Of a stretch of DNA of 64,000 nucleotides, positions 28,770 through 42,099 are shown piece after piece. How positions within the stretch are numbered: position 1 is the stretch's first letter; every line of letters begins with the position of its first letter. This DNA is from Eledone cirrhosa. Lineage: Eukaryota. Under the pieces are notes generated by a model. The model searched no databases, was not told the DNA's origin, and saw only the letters and a program-made list of their open reading frames with translations. The DNA is taken from NCBI GenBank assembly GCA_964016885.1, contig OZ024740.1:64976001-65040000 (forward strand), in the 5' to 3' direction. Made by a program: the position numbers and the translations under genes.

Positions 28770-28829
<60 letters not shown>

Positions 28830-30239
28830 GTGTGTTTGTATATATGTGTGTGTATATGGATATGTGTATGTAAATATGTGTGTGTATGTATGTTTATATC
28901 TATCTGTATGTAATTGTATATGTATATATAATCGTATATATTATATATTTCTGTTGTATTTGTGCGCGTGTGTGTATATATTTATATTTATGTATGTATG
29001 TGTGTATATATGTGTGTATGTATATATGAGGGAGCTTATAGATAGGACAACACACGCTGTCTCTTCGTGGGGTAAGTTTTTAATTAATTTTTGTATTCTG
29101 AAACATCAAAATACAACAATTTGTTGGTTACTGGACTCGGGAATGTCACGACAGAAGTTTGTGGAAGTTACACAAATATTTTAGTATATTTTAGCAGAGC
29201 AATCCTTATTTATATTTTACATTTACTTACATCTCAATATAACATGGCTAGAATTCAAATTTTGCTAAGAGAAGAAAACGGTCAAATGAACTAGATACAT
29301 CTCACTGTCCACACCACCACAATAACGTCTACACTCTCTCCCCACCATCACATGTCATTACCATACCATACCCTATCGAGACTAAAGTCATCGACCTGTT
29401 GTCAAACTCTCTACTCTCTGATGAATGTATATATATATATGTGTGTGTATGTATATGTGTGTATATACATCACTCAGTCAAACAACCAGATTTCAACCCC
29501 AACATCTACAACAACAACAACACCGGCCCTAATGTTTACAGCAACAACAGCTTCAGAATGAACTGAAATGAACATTTACAACAATTACAACAACAACAAC
29601 AACAGCGGCATCAAAACATAAAAAAAAAAAAAAAGGAAGGGATAAGAAAAAAGAAAAGGGAAGGGGGAAAAAAAAAAAAAAAAAAAAAAGGAGAAAAAAA
29701 AAAAAAAGAAAGGAAAAAAAAAAAAAACTCAAAATAACAAAACACACACACACACACACACACACACAACAGAACAACAACATCAACTGCCACCACCACC
29801 ACCACCGCCACCGCCGTCGCCATCACCATCACCAGCGACCTGGCCTTAAGAACAACTTTAATAATAATTTTTCTGCTTTTGGCACGGATCCAGCGACTGG
29901 CCAGCGCATCACTGGTACTCTCTTTTGTTGACTCCGTGGAGAGCCATAACTCTATGCTGTAAAGCAATTATAGTAATACTGGACTGTAATACGATCGGCT
30001 TCAACTATACAAACTCTTGAAAGTCAACAGTTGACATAATCTGGTAATCTTGTATCAGTAATGACGGTAATATATATATATATATGTGTGTGTGTGCGTG
30101 TAAGTGAGTAGAGTAGCGTGTGTGTGTGTTTGTTGTGTGTGTGAGTGTTGCTGTGTGCACGCATATGTATGCGTGCGTGTGTATGTCGTACGTATAAGTG
30201 TCAATAAGTAATTTTTTTTTTTTTTTTTTTTTTTTTTGC

Positions 30240-30540
30240 GCGGGGACATAGAAATAATCGGGCTGGATGCCCGATCGCGCAGTTAAACCACTGGGAGTGA
30301 AGAACCCCTAGCCCATGTCAGGGTATTCTTCTAGGAGAAGGCATCTCAGGAAACTGGGTTAACTCCGATATAAAACCTGCGGCTCAGTAGTTACCGATGA
30401 TGTTGATCTTTTCTTCTTTTCGGGTTATAGCTACTGTCGCTCAGAGAGTGGGATTGGTTCAGTGCACAGTCTTTCCTCACTTTAAAAATATTCGTCACGC
30501 ACAGGCATTGCACGAGTGCATTAATAATTATTAATAGTGT

Positions 30541-30575
<35 letters not shown>

Positions 30576-33500
30576 TATTATTACTTTTTTTTTTTTTTTT
30601 TTTTTTCTTTTTTTTTTTTTCTCCCTTTTTTTTTTTTTTTTTTTTTTTTCCAATTCAATGATGTTCCAGAACAATGTAAACGAGATAATTGCCAATTTGG
30701 GTTCTGGAACAAAAAAGATCATTGGCAATAAGGGCAGGGGCCCCAAGTTATCACAACCTGGGCCCGCCCGTCATCGTGCCATTGTAATAGAGCCAAACAG
30801 GGCATTTAGTCTTGGCTGCTGGAACGTACGGACGCTGCTTGACAGGGATTCTTTGGAGCGTCCTGAACGAAGGACCGCTCTTGTTGCGAAGGAGCTTCGA
30901 CGTTACGATCTTGACATCGTGGCTTTGTCTGAGACGAGGTTAGCTGGAGATGGTCATCTTACGGAATTTTGTGGAGAGTATACATTCTTCTGGAAAGGAA
31001 GAGATGAAGGAACCAGAAGAGAGGCTGGGGTAGGATTTGCTGTTAAGACTGTACTGGTGAATAAATTGGAAGAATTCCCAGTGGGGATTAGTGAGCGTCT
31101 TATGTCCATGAGAGTTCCGCTGGACAAGGGAAGATATGCTACCCTGGTGAGTGTGTATGCTCCAACTATGAATTCTGTCGATGAAGAAAAACTGTCCTTT
31201 TACCATGCCTTGAAAGGTGTTTTAAGAAATATCCCTCAGGCAGACAAGGTCATCGTGCTTGGTGACTTTAATGCTAGAGTGGGTAGGGATTTTAACACAT
31301 GGAATGTAATCGGAAGGCATGGGGTGGGAAAGTGTAACAGCAATGGTATGCTCTTGCTGCAGATGTGTGAGGAGCTGGATCTGTGTGTTACCAACACCAT
31401 GTTCCAACAAAAGAACAAATTCAAGACCACATGGATGCATCCTGCATCTAAGGAATGGCATCTTTTGGACTACGTCCTAGTCAGGATGCGTGACAGACAG
31501 GATGTGCGGTGTGTTCGTGTTCTTCGTGGAGCTGAGTGCTGGACGGACCACCGCCTGGTACGCGCAAAAGTGAATCTAATCACCAAACGTAAAATCCGGG
31601 CTCCTGGTGTTACCCTGCCCAAAAGATTGAATGCTGCTCGTCTTAAGGATAAAAATGTGAAGAGGACATTGGAAGAAGAGATGCAGGCTGCAGATCTTGG
31701 TGAGGATTGGCCGACCCTTAAAAAGTCGGTTTATGATGTAGGCAGACGTGTTCTGGGATTGGTGCAGAGAAAACATCAGGACTGGTTTAATGAGAAAGAT
31801 GTGCATATAGATGACTTGTTGGCTGATAAGAGGCGCGCTCTGTCACGCTACTTGACGGCAAGACCACAGGAGAGGAATACGTTGCATGAGGAGCTCAGGG
31901 ATGTAAAATCACGTGTTAGGCGGAGTCTTTCTCAGATGAAGGATCAGTGGTGGAGTGAGAAGGCTGGTGAGATACAAACTGCGTCTGATTGTAATAACAC
32001 AAAGCTGTTGTACAGTCTCTTGCGTGAGGTTTATGGACCGTCTTCTTCTCTGGTGACACCGATTCGCAGCAGGGATGGCAAAGAACTTCTTCGTGACTCA
32101 CAGGGAATTCTACGAAGGTGGCGGGAGCACTTTGATGATCTTTTGAATCAGCCGTCTGTCGTCAGTGAAGATTTCCTCAATCTCATTCCGGAAAGTCCTC
32201 TGAAAGTAGCTCTCGCAGAGCCTCCGACACTTGTGGAGGTTGCAGTGGCTATTTCGAAGCTGAACAGTGGAAGATCTCCAGGTATGGATGGCATACATGC
32301 TGAGCTCCTACAATATGGTGGTGAGAGACTCCTGCAACATCTTCACTCTCTGTTTGGAGGGATATGGGCTAATGAATCCGTGCCTGAGGACTGGAGAGAT
32401 GCAGTAATGGTGGTCTTGTACAAGGGAAAGGGTAACAGGAATGATTGTGGGAACTACAGAGGTATATCATTGCTTTCTGTCGTGGGGAAAGTTTTATGTA
32501 GGGTGCTTCTGGACCGTCTGCTGACACACATTGCAGATTGTGTCCTTCCTGAAAGTCAATCTGGTTTTCGTGTTGGACGCGGCACTACTGATATGATCTT
32601 CTCAGCTAGACAGCTCCAGGAGAAGTGCATTGAACAGGGCTTGGATCTGTATCAGGTTTTTGTCGATCTGACAAAGGCTTTCGATACTGTCAACAGAGAT
32701 GCATTATGGAAGGTTCTCCAGAAACTTGGTTGCCCTGATAAGTTCCTTGCTTTAGTTAGGTCTTTCCATGACGACATGAAGGCTTGGGTTAATGTCGGAG
32801 GTAACATGTCGGAGCCTATCTCAGTAAAAAATGGAGTGAAACAGGGGGATATTCCAGCACCGACCCTGTTTGCCATATACTTTGCAATGGTTTTCTGTAT
32901 TGCCCTCAGGAATTGCGAGCATGGTGTTTACATCCGATATCGAACCTCAGGCAGCATATTTAACATCAGGCGCTTTGCTGCGAAGACAAAAGTATTTACA
33001 TCAGTCATAAGAGACCTCTTGTATACAGATGATTGCGATCTTGTAGCGCACACAGAGAGTGATATGCAGCACATTTTGAATGTATTTTCTGACGCTTGCA
33101 CTGACCTGGGTTTGACTGTCAGTCTCAAGAAAACCGTCGTCATGTACCAACCTGCACCTGGTAGGCAGTACACTGAACCAAACATCTATGTGTATGGCAA
33201 ACGACTTGGAGTGGTTGATCAGTTTGTCTACCTGGGAAGCACTGTCAATCGATACGGCAACCTTGACAGTGAAATCTCACTTAGGATTAGGAAAGCAAGT
33301 GATGCTTTCGGAAAGCTAGAAAGGCGACTCTGGGGTCGGCGAGACATATGCAGGAGGACAAAGGTAAAGGTGTACAGGGCATGTGTACTCTCTTGTCTTC
33401 TTTATGCCTGCGAGACCTGGGTCACATATCGACGCCACCTTGAGCAATTGGAGCGTTTCCATCAGATGTGTCTCAGACGGATACATGGCGTTCACTGGAG

Positions 33501-34211
33501 GGACCACATCAGTGATGTCGAGATTTTGTAAAGCTCTATGTGTGACAGTATAGAAGCTCTTGTGCTTAAGCAGCGACTCCGTTGGAGTGGTCACCTTGCC
33601 AGGATGAAGGATTCTAGAATACCAAAACAACTCTTCTATGGAGAGTTGGTTAAAGGAAAACGACCGCCACATAAACCAAAAAAGAGGTATAAGGATTCCT
33701 TGAAGGCCTCTCTGAAAGACGCTAACATCTCTGCTGATACATGGGAAAATATTGCTGCTGATCGTAATAAATGGAGAAAGACTGTATATGAGGGAAAAGT
33801 TGCCTTTGAGGCATCTCGAATCGCACACGAGAAAGTAAAGCGGGACGTGAGGAAGGGTATTGCTGTTGCACTTCCAGACGGCGAGGGTCCTCCTATGTTT
33901 CTGACATGCAGCGTCTGTGCGAGACTCTGCCTAAGCAAAGCTGGACTCGAAAGTCATCTTCGCAGTCATAAAGTAAGACCAGTGGTTGACTACCAGGCTG
34001 CTGTTGGAGATGCTACTCATCATGCTTGCCAAACATGTGGTAGAGAATGTAAATCAGCAGGAGGACTCAAGCGACATGCAAAAGTACACGAACTCCAACC
34101 ACAGCCGACTATTCCCAGTAAATGTTTTGGTTGCCGACTCTGTGCAAGACATTTTGGATCATTGGCTGGGCTAAAAAGCCACATTCGATCGCAGCACTGT
34201 TAGTTGCTATC

Positions 34212-34251
<40 letters not shown>

Positions 34252-34330
34252 GCTTATGTGCGTGCGTGTGTGTGTATATATATATGAATATGTATATTAT
34301 TATTGTTGTTGTCGTTATTATTATTATTGC

Positions 34331-34385
<55 letters not shown>

Positions 34386-34568
34386 GTTATTAATGTATGT
34401 GTGTATATATGTGTGAGTGTATGTGTATGTATGTGTGTGTGTATATATGTATGTATGTGTATGTATGTGTGTGTGTATATATATGTGTATGTATATATGT
34501 GTATATATATGTGTGTGTATATATATATATATATATATCTTTTCCCTTTTTTTTTTTTTTTTTTTTTT

Positions 34569-34604
<36 letters not shown>

Positions 34605-34670
34605 TTTTTTTTTTGTTTTTTTTTTTTTTGTGCAATGGCCATACTCGATAACGAGGGGGCAGCCATCATG
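30240..34670 (+). mobile_element. Near full-length RTE-clade (BovB-like) LINE with microsatellite-filled UTRs
   Basis: 5' UTR block 30240-30520, single long ORF, 3' stem-loop ATGGCCATA-CTCG-ATAA-CGAG-GGGGCAGCCAT at 34635-34666; 5' boundary uncertain. Confidence 0.9.
30658..34203 (+). pseudogene. RTE polyprotein: APE endonuclease, reverse transcriptase and three C2H2 zinc fingers; one in-frame TAA at 33529-33531
   Basis: WNVRTL, LSETR, VYAPT, GDFNA, LDYVL, TDH (EN); YRGISLL, QSGFR, FVDLTKAFDTV, GVKQG, LYTDD (RT). ORFs 30658-33531 and 33538-34203 are in the same frame. Confidence 0.92.
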
Positions 34671-34679
34671 TATATATGT

Positions 34680-35283
34680 CAGGTCACCAGTTGGTGCTAC
34701 TGGTAACATGTATCCTAGTACAACCTGTCTCATGGTTGGGTCGTTGGCGACTAAACTGGCAACCCCACCAAGGTTTCTTGGTGAGGAGGGTGACTTTGGA
34801 CATCCTGCAGGACTAAAAACAAAAACTGTCAAAGGGCAAAGGAGCTCTGAAGAGTCAATGGCCATCCAAAATCACCGGGAGAGATGACCCCTTAGCCTTT
34901 GTCAAGGCAGAATTCTAGGAGAAGGAAAACTCTGATATAACACCTGCAACCCTGATGGTATCCAATGATGTTGACTTGTTCTTCTTTTTGGTAAATATCA
35001 TCTTGGTTAAGAGAGTGGGACTGGCTTTGTACAGTGCCTTTGCTCACTATAAAAGCTTCACAGCACAGGCATTGCTTTATATCTGGAGATCTCTCTGCAC
35101 TTGTCGTCACATGGTACCATGGGCCCAGCACTATGTGTCAATAATTGTCACAGGTGTAGTGTTTGTACCAGAGTTTTCAAGTCGCTGGACTAAAAAGTCA
35201 CACACGTTCAGCCGACCGGTAGGGGTTCTCCTACATGGATATAAAGTAGTGGCCGTACTCGAAAACGAGTTGGCAGCCACCAC
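34680..35283 (+). mobile_element. Non-autonomous bipartite RTE derivative (5' UTR fused to last zinc finger and 3' tail)
   Basis: 34888-35075 aligns with RTE 5' UTR 30305-30511; 35147-35210 encodes [20 protein letters not shown]; ends in the same stem-loop GTGGCCGTA-CTCG-AAAA-CGAG-TTGGCAGCCAC. Confidence 0.75.
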
Positions 35284-35292
35284 GTATATATA

Positions 35293-35390
<98 letters not shown>

Positions 35391-36194
35391 ATATTTGTAT
35401 GTATGTATGTGTGTATATATATAATAGCCTCAGAAAAGGCTTGAGCTCTGCCGTGGGGTCAGACTTTTTCCTATGCGTGTGTGTATATATATATGTATAT
35501 ATACGTAATTGTATGAGTGTGTGTATTTCTGTGTTTGTGTTTTTGTGTGTGTGTGTATGTATATATATATGTATGTGTGTGTGTATATGTATATATGTAT
35601 ACGGGTGTATGTATATGCATTATTACATATAGTGATTTAATGATTATTTTCATTGATCTTTCACTCCAGGAACTTTTGAGTGCTCTAAATCTGATATAAG
35701 CATTTATACCCTTTTCTAAATATATATTTTTTTATTTATTATTTGTCGTATTCCCAACTTTTTATTTTTTTATATATACAATATTTATTTTATATATATA
35801 TATATAATAATTATGTTCTTTCTCATATATATATATATTGAGTTATATATGTATATGTGTGTGTGTATGTACGTATGCTTACGTATGTGTATGTATATAT
35901 GTGTGTGTAGGTATATATGTGTATGTGAGTATGTATGTATGTCTATGTGTATCTCTGTATATATATGTATATATATATATGTATATATACAGAGATATAT
36001 TTATATGTATATATATATTTATATATATATTTAAGAGTTAAATAAGGTTCTTATGAATTATCTTAGAATGAGTTTTACACACATATATATATATGTGTGT
36101 GTTTGTATTTGTATGTACGTGTTTGTGATATGCATGTATATGTATGTGTATAATTGTATGGCTATGTATGTATGTGTGTGTATATATATATACA

Positions 36195-37260
36195 CTTGTA
36201 AACATAAATTGCACAAAACTTTCCTGTATTACAGCCCCACGTTATACCCTAACGGATAGCACAATCTATACGTGGATATTTTACGTCTTGATGTTGGAGC
36301 TAAGTATATGTTTTGTTTATTCCTTTACTTATTTGCATAGGTAAGTATATATTACCCGTATGTTTTGTGAAGGTATGTATACCTTCTCGTACGTATATTC
36401 AACTGTTATAGCGTATAATTTTTACATATTCTGGTATTTAGGGTTTGGCTATGTGTATACGGGAGTATGCGTCCGCGTGAGTATGCAGGTTCGTACGTAT
36501 GGTGGGTGTGTGTATATGTGTACTTCTTGTTTTAGTTGACTTACGTCTCCGAACATTCGTGTATTTATATGTAGGTATGCGTGTGCGCTTGTTATATACG
36601 TATTTATTTACTTATATACGTTTATATAATTGTTTATTTATTTGTACACAAGCATACACACACACACATATTTATATGTGCGTGGTTTTGTATACCCATG
36701 GTAAGGTTTTGCGTATGCTTGTGTATGTACGTATCTGTTTGCGTGTATGTATTTATTTGTTTCTATTACTTCTGTATTGTATTTATTTACTTTGTTCTTA
36801 ACTCTGTAGCGGAGATTCATTTGGTCTCCTAGTTAGATTTTTAGTCTACGATTTCTGCTATACCATTTACGTGGTTTTGTCTTTGCGTGCTATTGTTCTT
36901 CACGCTCCACATATGACTTATTATCTTCGTTTTTTCGTTCATTGCCAGAGAACGTCTCTATGCACCACCTAAGAGAACATTAGTCTACGACCTCTTTTAT
37001 ACCATAAACGTGGTTTTGTCTTTGCGCGTAATTGTTTTTCACCGCTCCTATTAATGACGTATTATTCGTTTTTTCCCGTTCTTTGCCAGCGAACGTTACC
37101 ACGAACCAAAGTATCGTCTTCCTGTCTTCCTCCGGTTGCAACGTTTTTTGAAATATCCAGTTCTGCGTTTACAGATTGACTTTGTTAGTTTCAGAAGATC
37201 CCGATAAGAGTGAAAGCAGCGATTCTTTGCTTAAACTTTAATCTGTTATTTTAATAAATA
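36195..37260 (+). mobile_element. Penelope-like element 3' end (same family as 43581-46272)
   Basis: Begins with the ORF end CKHKLHKTFL..PTLYPNG and matches the reverse complement of about 43670-44390. Confidence 0.8.
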
Positions 37261-37643
37261 TATATATGTATATATGCAAAGTTTTATTTAAATTGTTGGG
37301 TTAACAACGAGTAAATATTTATAACTGATATAAAAGCACTCCTCTCTTCTCTCTCTCTCTCTCTATCTATCTCCCTCTGTGTTTTTTCCTCTCTCTATAT
37401 ATCTCTCTCTGTTTCTTTACATGAATTTATTCTCTCTATCTATCTCTCTATATCTATCTCTCTATATCTATCTCTCTCTATTTAGTTGCATGCATTTCTT
37501 CTTTTTCTCCGTCTTTTCTTTTTTTCTTTCTTTCTTTTTATAACTGTCCCTAATATTTTTTCCACTACCAATTCAACTTTTCAAATTGAAGTCGATGTTG
37601 AAAGGTATGTCGAATCTATCTATTTATAAGACTGTTTATATTG

Positions 37644-37709
37644 TATTTTGTCTGAGGAAGGCATAACATATTTATAATATGATATCCCTGAAATATATAT
37701 AATGAAATA
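37644..37709 (+). ncRNA. Type I hammerhead ribozyme
   Basis: tattttgt CTGAGGA agg c ata a catatt-tat-aatatg a tat c cct GAAA tatata TA atgaaata; 8-bp helix I. Confidence 0.75.
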
Positions 37710-37786
37710 AATATGGTTTTATAAATATAGTTTCCATTTATTTAATATCGTATATGTATATATATATGTATGTATGTGTATATATG

Positions 37787-37817
<31 letters not shown>

Positions 37818-38218
37818 ATTTGTGTATGCGTATGTATGTGTTTATGTATTTGCATATGTATAGTTATGTGTGAGAGTGTGTGTATGTATTTATTTTTACG
37901 TATGTATGTGTACTTGCATTTGTGTGTATTGCTTACCACGTGTGTTTGTTCATTTATTTGTTTCCTGTATCGCTGTCAACATTATAAGTCTTTATTTTCT
38001 ATTTTATGTTTTTTTATTATTTTATATATATATTTTCTTATATTTATTTGTGTGTGTGAGTATGTAGAGGTGTGTGTATATATTTCTATATTTGTGCATG
38101 CGTATGTATGCATATATATATGTGTGTATGTATGTATATGTATGTACGTGTGTATATACGTATGATTGTGTGTATGTGTGTATGTATGTATATGTATGTG
38201 TGTATGACTATGTATGTG

Positions 38219-38266
<48 letters not shown>

Positions 38267-38615
38267 GCTGTATATATGTATGTGTATGTATGGATATGTT
38301 GATATTTATGTGTGTATGTATGTGTATGTATATATATACACATATATATGTGTGTGTGTATGTATATACATATATATATATATGTGTATGTATATAATTG
38401 TGTGTGTGTGTGTTTGCATTTTTGTTTTTAAAATCCAACGTCAATAAATACGCCATCATTTTTTCATTCTGATGATTGAAAGCAAATTTGTTTTACTTTT
38501 GAGGAACCACGGGTACATGAAATAATTGCCTTATGTTGTTTATTACATAACTATTAAGCTCTGTTACCTACATAGAGCAATCTTTATTCCTGGACTTTTC
38601 CGACGGAATTATTTC

Positions 38616-38722
<107 letters not shown>

Positions 38723-40859
38723 TGTATTTCTGTGTGTGTATATACACAAACCCACGTACAGACATACCGACAAACACACCCACACACACACACCTATAGA
38801 TTTGTATGTAATACTATTTGTTCATATATAACTTGGTATTGACAGGTGTTTGCATTTCTTAGTAGCCAAGGTTAATGGAATCCGTGTTGGTGTTTACATA
38901 ACGTCCATGATTACAGGAAGCCTTATTTATATATCTCACTATCATACGATATACATGTTTTAAGTTTAACATCGTGCTATAGATGTTATCATATACAAGA
39001 TCATTTAAGTTGATCTATAGCTAAATAAACAACTTTTTACCATCGAAAAGTCAGGTTTGGAAAAGATGTCGACGGTTTTCTTGTATGTATACTATGATCA
39101 ATAATTTCCCAAGTGTTTGGATATCATTTATGCAGAATTCTAATAAATAAGTGAGATGATCGAATGGTATTTCTTTTAACTAAAATTATAATAGAGATAT
39201 AATTCTCTAATTCCTTCTGAAATGTTAGTCGTGGTTATACTGAATGTTTAGAGTATGATATCAATAAATAACTGTATAATCACCAACATAAAAGCTCCGA
39301 CCTTGATATGTGTTGCATAAGTTGCACGCAGGCAAACACACACTTGCAAACACATACACACTCATATATATGTGTGTATGTGTATATGTATTAATGGGTG
39401 TTTTATTTAAAATATTTCAAAGAGACTGTCCAACAGTAATAAGGACTGCTAACATATGAACAAGCGATTGTATATATATTACAAAATAATATGAAATGAC
39501 CAGCTATTTAAAAGTTTCGACCTTTCATGCACATATCCCTCCTTGACAAGACACTACCTGCAAATATCAGACTACATACATCGAACATAAAGATCATGAG
39601 ATAATAACTCAAATTTCAAACTCAATCGGTTTGGATATATCAAAAATATTCAGTTATTAGTATCGTATGAATTAATTTCTAAATCTATATTCACACGATT
39701 AAAATAAACTTTTTTCTTTAAGTATATACATTTATGATTGATAGGATCAAATATATTAAATTCTTGCTATCTTTTTTCTATAGATATCATCCCGCATTGC
39801 GTTCCTGGAAACCAAATCAAGTTCAATGAAGAGGATATACGAGATTTGTTTATCTACATATTTCGTCTAAGTTCGCTGCTTCGAATATAAACAAGACAGA
39901 CCATTAAGTGAATCAAAACAAAAAAACTATGTGAAAGATGTGGCACAGAGCCTAATTCCACAGTAGATATATAGTAAAGTAATGCAATATCTGATTCAAT
40001 TAATCGGATTTAAAATCCATAGTACATTTTATAGAATTAGGTTTCAAAGAAAAACGTATATTGAATTTGTTATGTTTATATTTTTATGCAATTTATATGC
40101 ATTATATAATTTCCTTTCCTCCAAACTTCATGAAGACTTTCGCATTTCATTATCCTTGCAATAAACCTCACACACGCACACACACACAAACACACATGCA
40201 CACACACATATATATATATACAGTTATTTATTGTTTGCCTGTAAAACTTTCTATACAGACGCGTGAGATAACATACATGATAATTCGTATAAAACTGAGG
40301 TGATCCTACTAAAATGCGTTCCATGAAATAGTCAATGAGGTCTCAACTATGGCTAACAACTATGAGAAAGATATGAAATGGAGTTGAGAAAAACTATATA
40401 TTCTTCATTACACATAAAAACATACCATAGTTATCATTCACATTTTGATCACATAGATAAAAATTATTGCGTAACATGCCATTAAATATTGATTCATACT
40501 AGGCTTAACACTTAAAGACGCTAAGTAGATAATTAATAGTGATAGCAAACACACATTCCCCTATCCTTTCTCTCTTTCTAATATAAATGTTTAGATGCAT
40601 GCACACATATGTCTTTTTCTATATTCCGATTTTTTTTTATGTATATTTACCGTTATTTTTCCAGCCTCACTTCTAATTTTTAACAGATTTTAAATCTCAT
40701 TTCATATTTTCTAACCATAACATCTGTTTGCTAACGGATCCAGACGTATATTAATATTGTCTGGGATCCTGAAACCTTTGGTAATGGAGTAGTTATATTT
40801 TGTGTTGTTCACTTTCTAATTAGATAGCTCTGTTTTATTATATATCAGCCTCGCTTTAA

Positions 40860-41010
40860 ATATGGACATAAGATATGAATAAGACAAAGGCTAATACAAT
40901 TGTATTAGCCTTTGTCTTATACATACCTGATGTCCATATATCTTATTTTCATTCTGATGAGCGATTTCAGACGTCTATGTTGGGTTCGTCTGTTTTCGTA
41001 AAACATTTTA
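40860..41010 (+). repeat. Fold-back repeat followed by a decayed hammerhead-like motif
   Basis: Palindrome TAAGACAAAGGCTAATACAATTGTATTAGCCTTTGTCTTA; then CTGATGA gcga..agacg..cgtct..tcgt AAAA (G12 lost). Confidence 0.45.
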
Positions 41011-41431
41011 AAGGGGAAATCTTGACAACATTTTTCCTTTAAATTAATAAAAAAACATTACCAAAAAACAAAGACAAAAGAAGGACACAGCACTCCAGGT
41101 TCTTCAGCCGCTGAGATTGAATGAGCCAGTTTCGACCCATACCAATGGTCCACCGATGATACCTGAAATCACATCGTTTGACAAACAATGCCCTGGAATA
41201 AACGGCAAGACAAAACAAGAAGTCACAGCAATCAATCCATAACAGGCTCACATGAGATTTCATGTGACGACTATGCAACGATATAGTACGTTTTATAGCA
41301 AGGATAGTTTCGTCAGTATAAAAAAAGGAGGTAAAAAAGAAAAAAAGAAAAAGAGAGAAAAATAGACATGAATAAGAAAGTAAGAAAGTGTGTTACAAAA
41401 TATAATCCATTGAAATTTTTATGAGAAGAAT

Positions 41432-41621
41432 GGCGGTGGATTGGCAGTATCGGTAGAGGGTTGGACGCCATGGTTTGACGCAATGAGTTACGGCCCTAGC
41501 CATTCTGAGTTCAAATCCCGCCGAGGTTAACTTTGCCTTTCAACCTACGGGGTCGATAAAATAAAGTACCAGTAATGCACTGGGTAATTACTGGCCTTGT
41601 GCTAAAAAGTAGAAACAATTA
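41432..41621 (+). mobile_element. tRNA-derived SINE with target-site duplication
   Basis: Same family as 5135; flanked by TTATGAGAAGAAT (41419-41431) and TTATGAGAAGTAT (41622-41634). Confidence 0.9.
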
Positions 41622-42099
41622 TTATGAGAAGTATGAACACTTCGTCACATACTAATAAATATGAAATTACGATAATTGACAAAGATAAGACAAAGGAAAA
41701 GAAGACGAATGAAACAAGACAGAACGAAAAAATCTTTTAAAGACAAACCTTTAAAAAATATTTTTTTAGAGTAAAAACAATGACAAAGATATGTGCGTGT
41801 ATGTGTGTGTGTGTGCTTAAATGTGTGAGGTGGGAGCATGCATCCAAGTATTCGGATATTGAAGCGCATCATGAATGTTCCAATCTGTAATGCATTGTTA
41901 TCGTACTCCTGTGATACATTCAATTCATTGAGATCCACTCTACTTTAATTGACTACTTTCCAATACAAACTAAACAATCTGTTTCCCACTTATTGCTAAA
42001 TACCTTTGAAGTTGCCGTCTGTACTACAAATTCATACTATTGTTTCAGTTATCATAATAACTCCTTTGTTAGTGCGGTTTATAGCAGATCTAGAATATA

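Larger units (their letters stand above)
27397..28775 (+). mobile_element. 310-bp tandem array with one hammerhead ribozyme per unit (non-LTR retrozyme-like)
   Basis: AATTGTAATACG recurs at 27401, 27711, 28021, 28331 and 28641; 4 full units plus about 135 bp; one substitution noticed (28635); (TA)n on both flanks; no meaningful ORF. Confidence 0.9.

Noticed and set aside
27397-28775. CRISPR array or coding minisatellite
   Set aside because: There are no variable spacers, no cas genes and no ORF spanning units; the context is eukaryotic.
30585-30669. Poly-T tract ending in TTCCAG as a splice acceptor in the RTE leader
   Set aside because: No donor site or transcript evidence; simple-repeat expansion or long-read homopolymer noise explains it.
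40714-40787. Hairpin followed by GAAACCTTTGGTA
   Set aside because: The CUGANGA core is missing.
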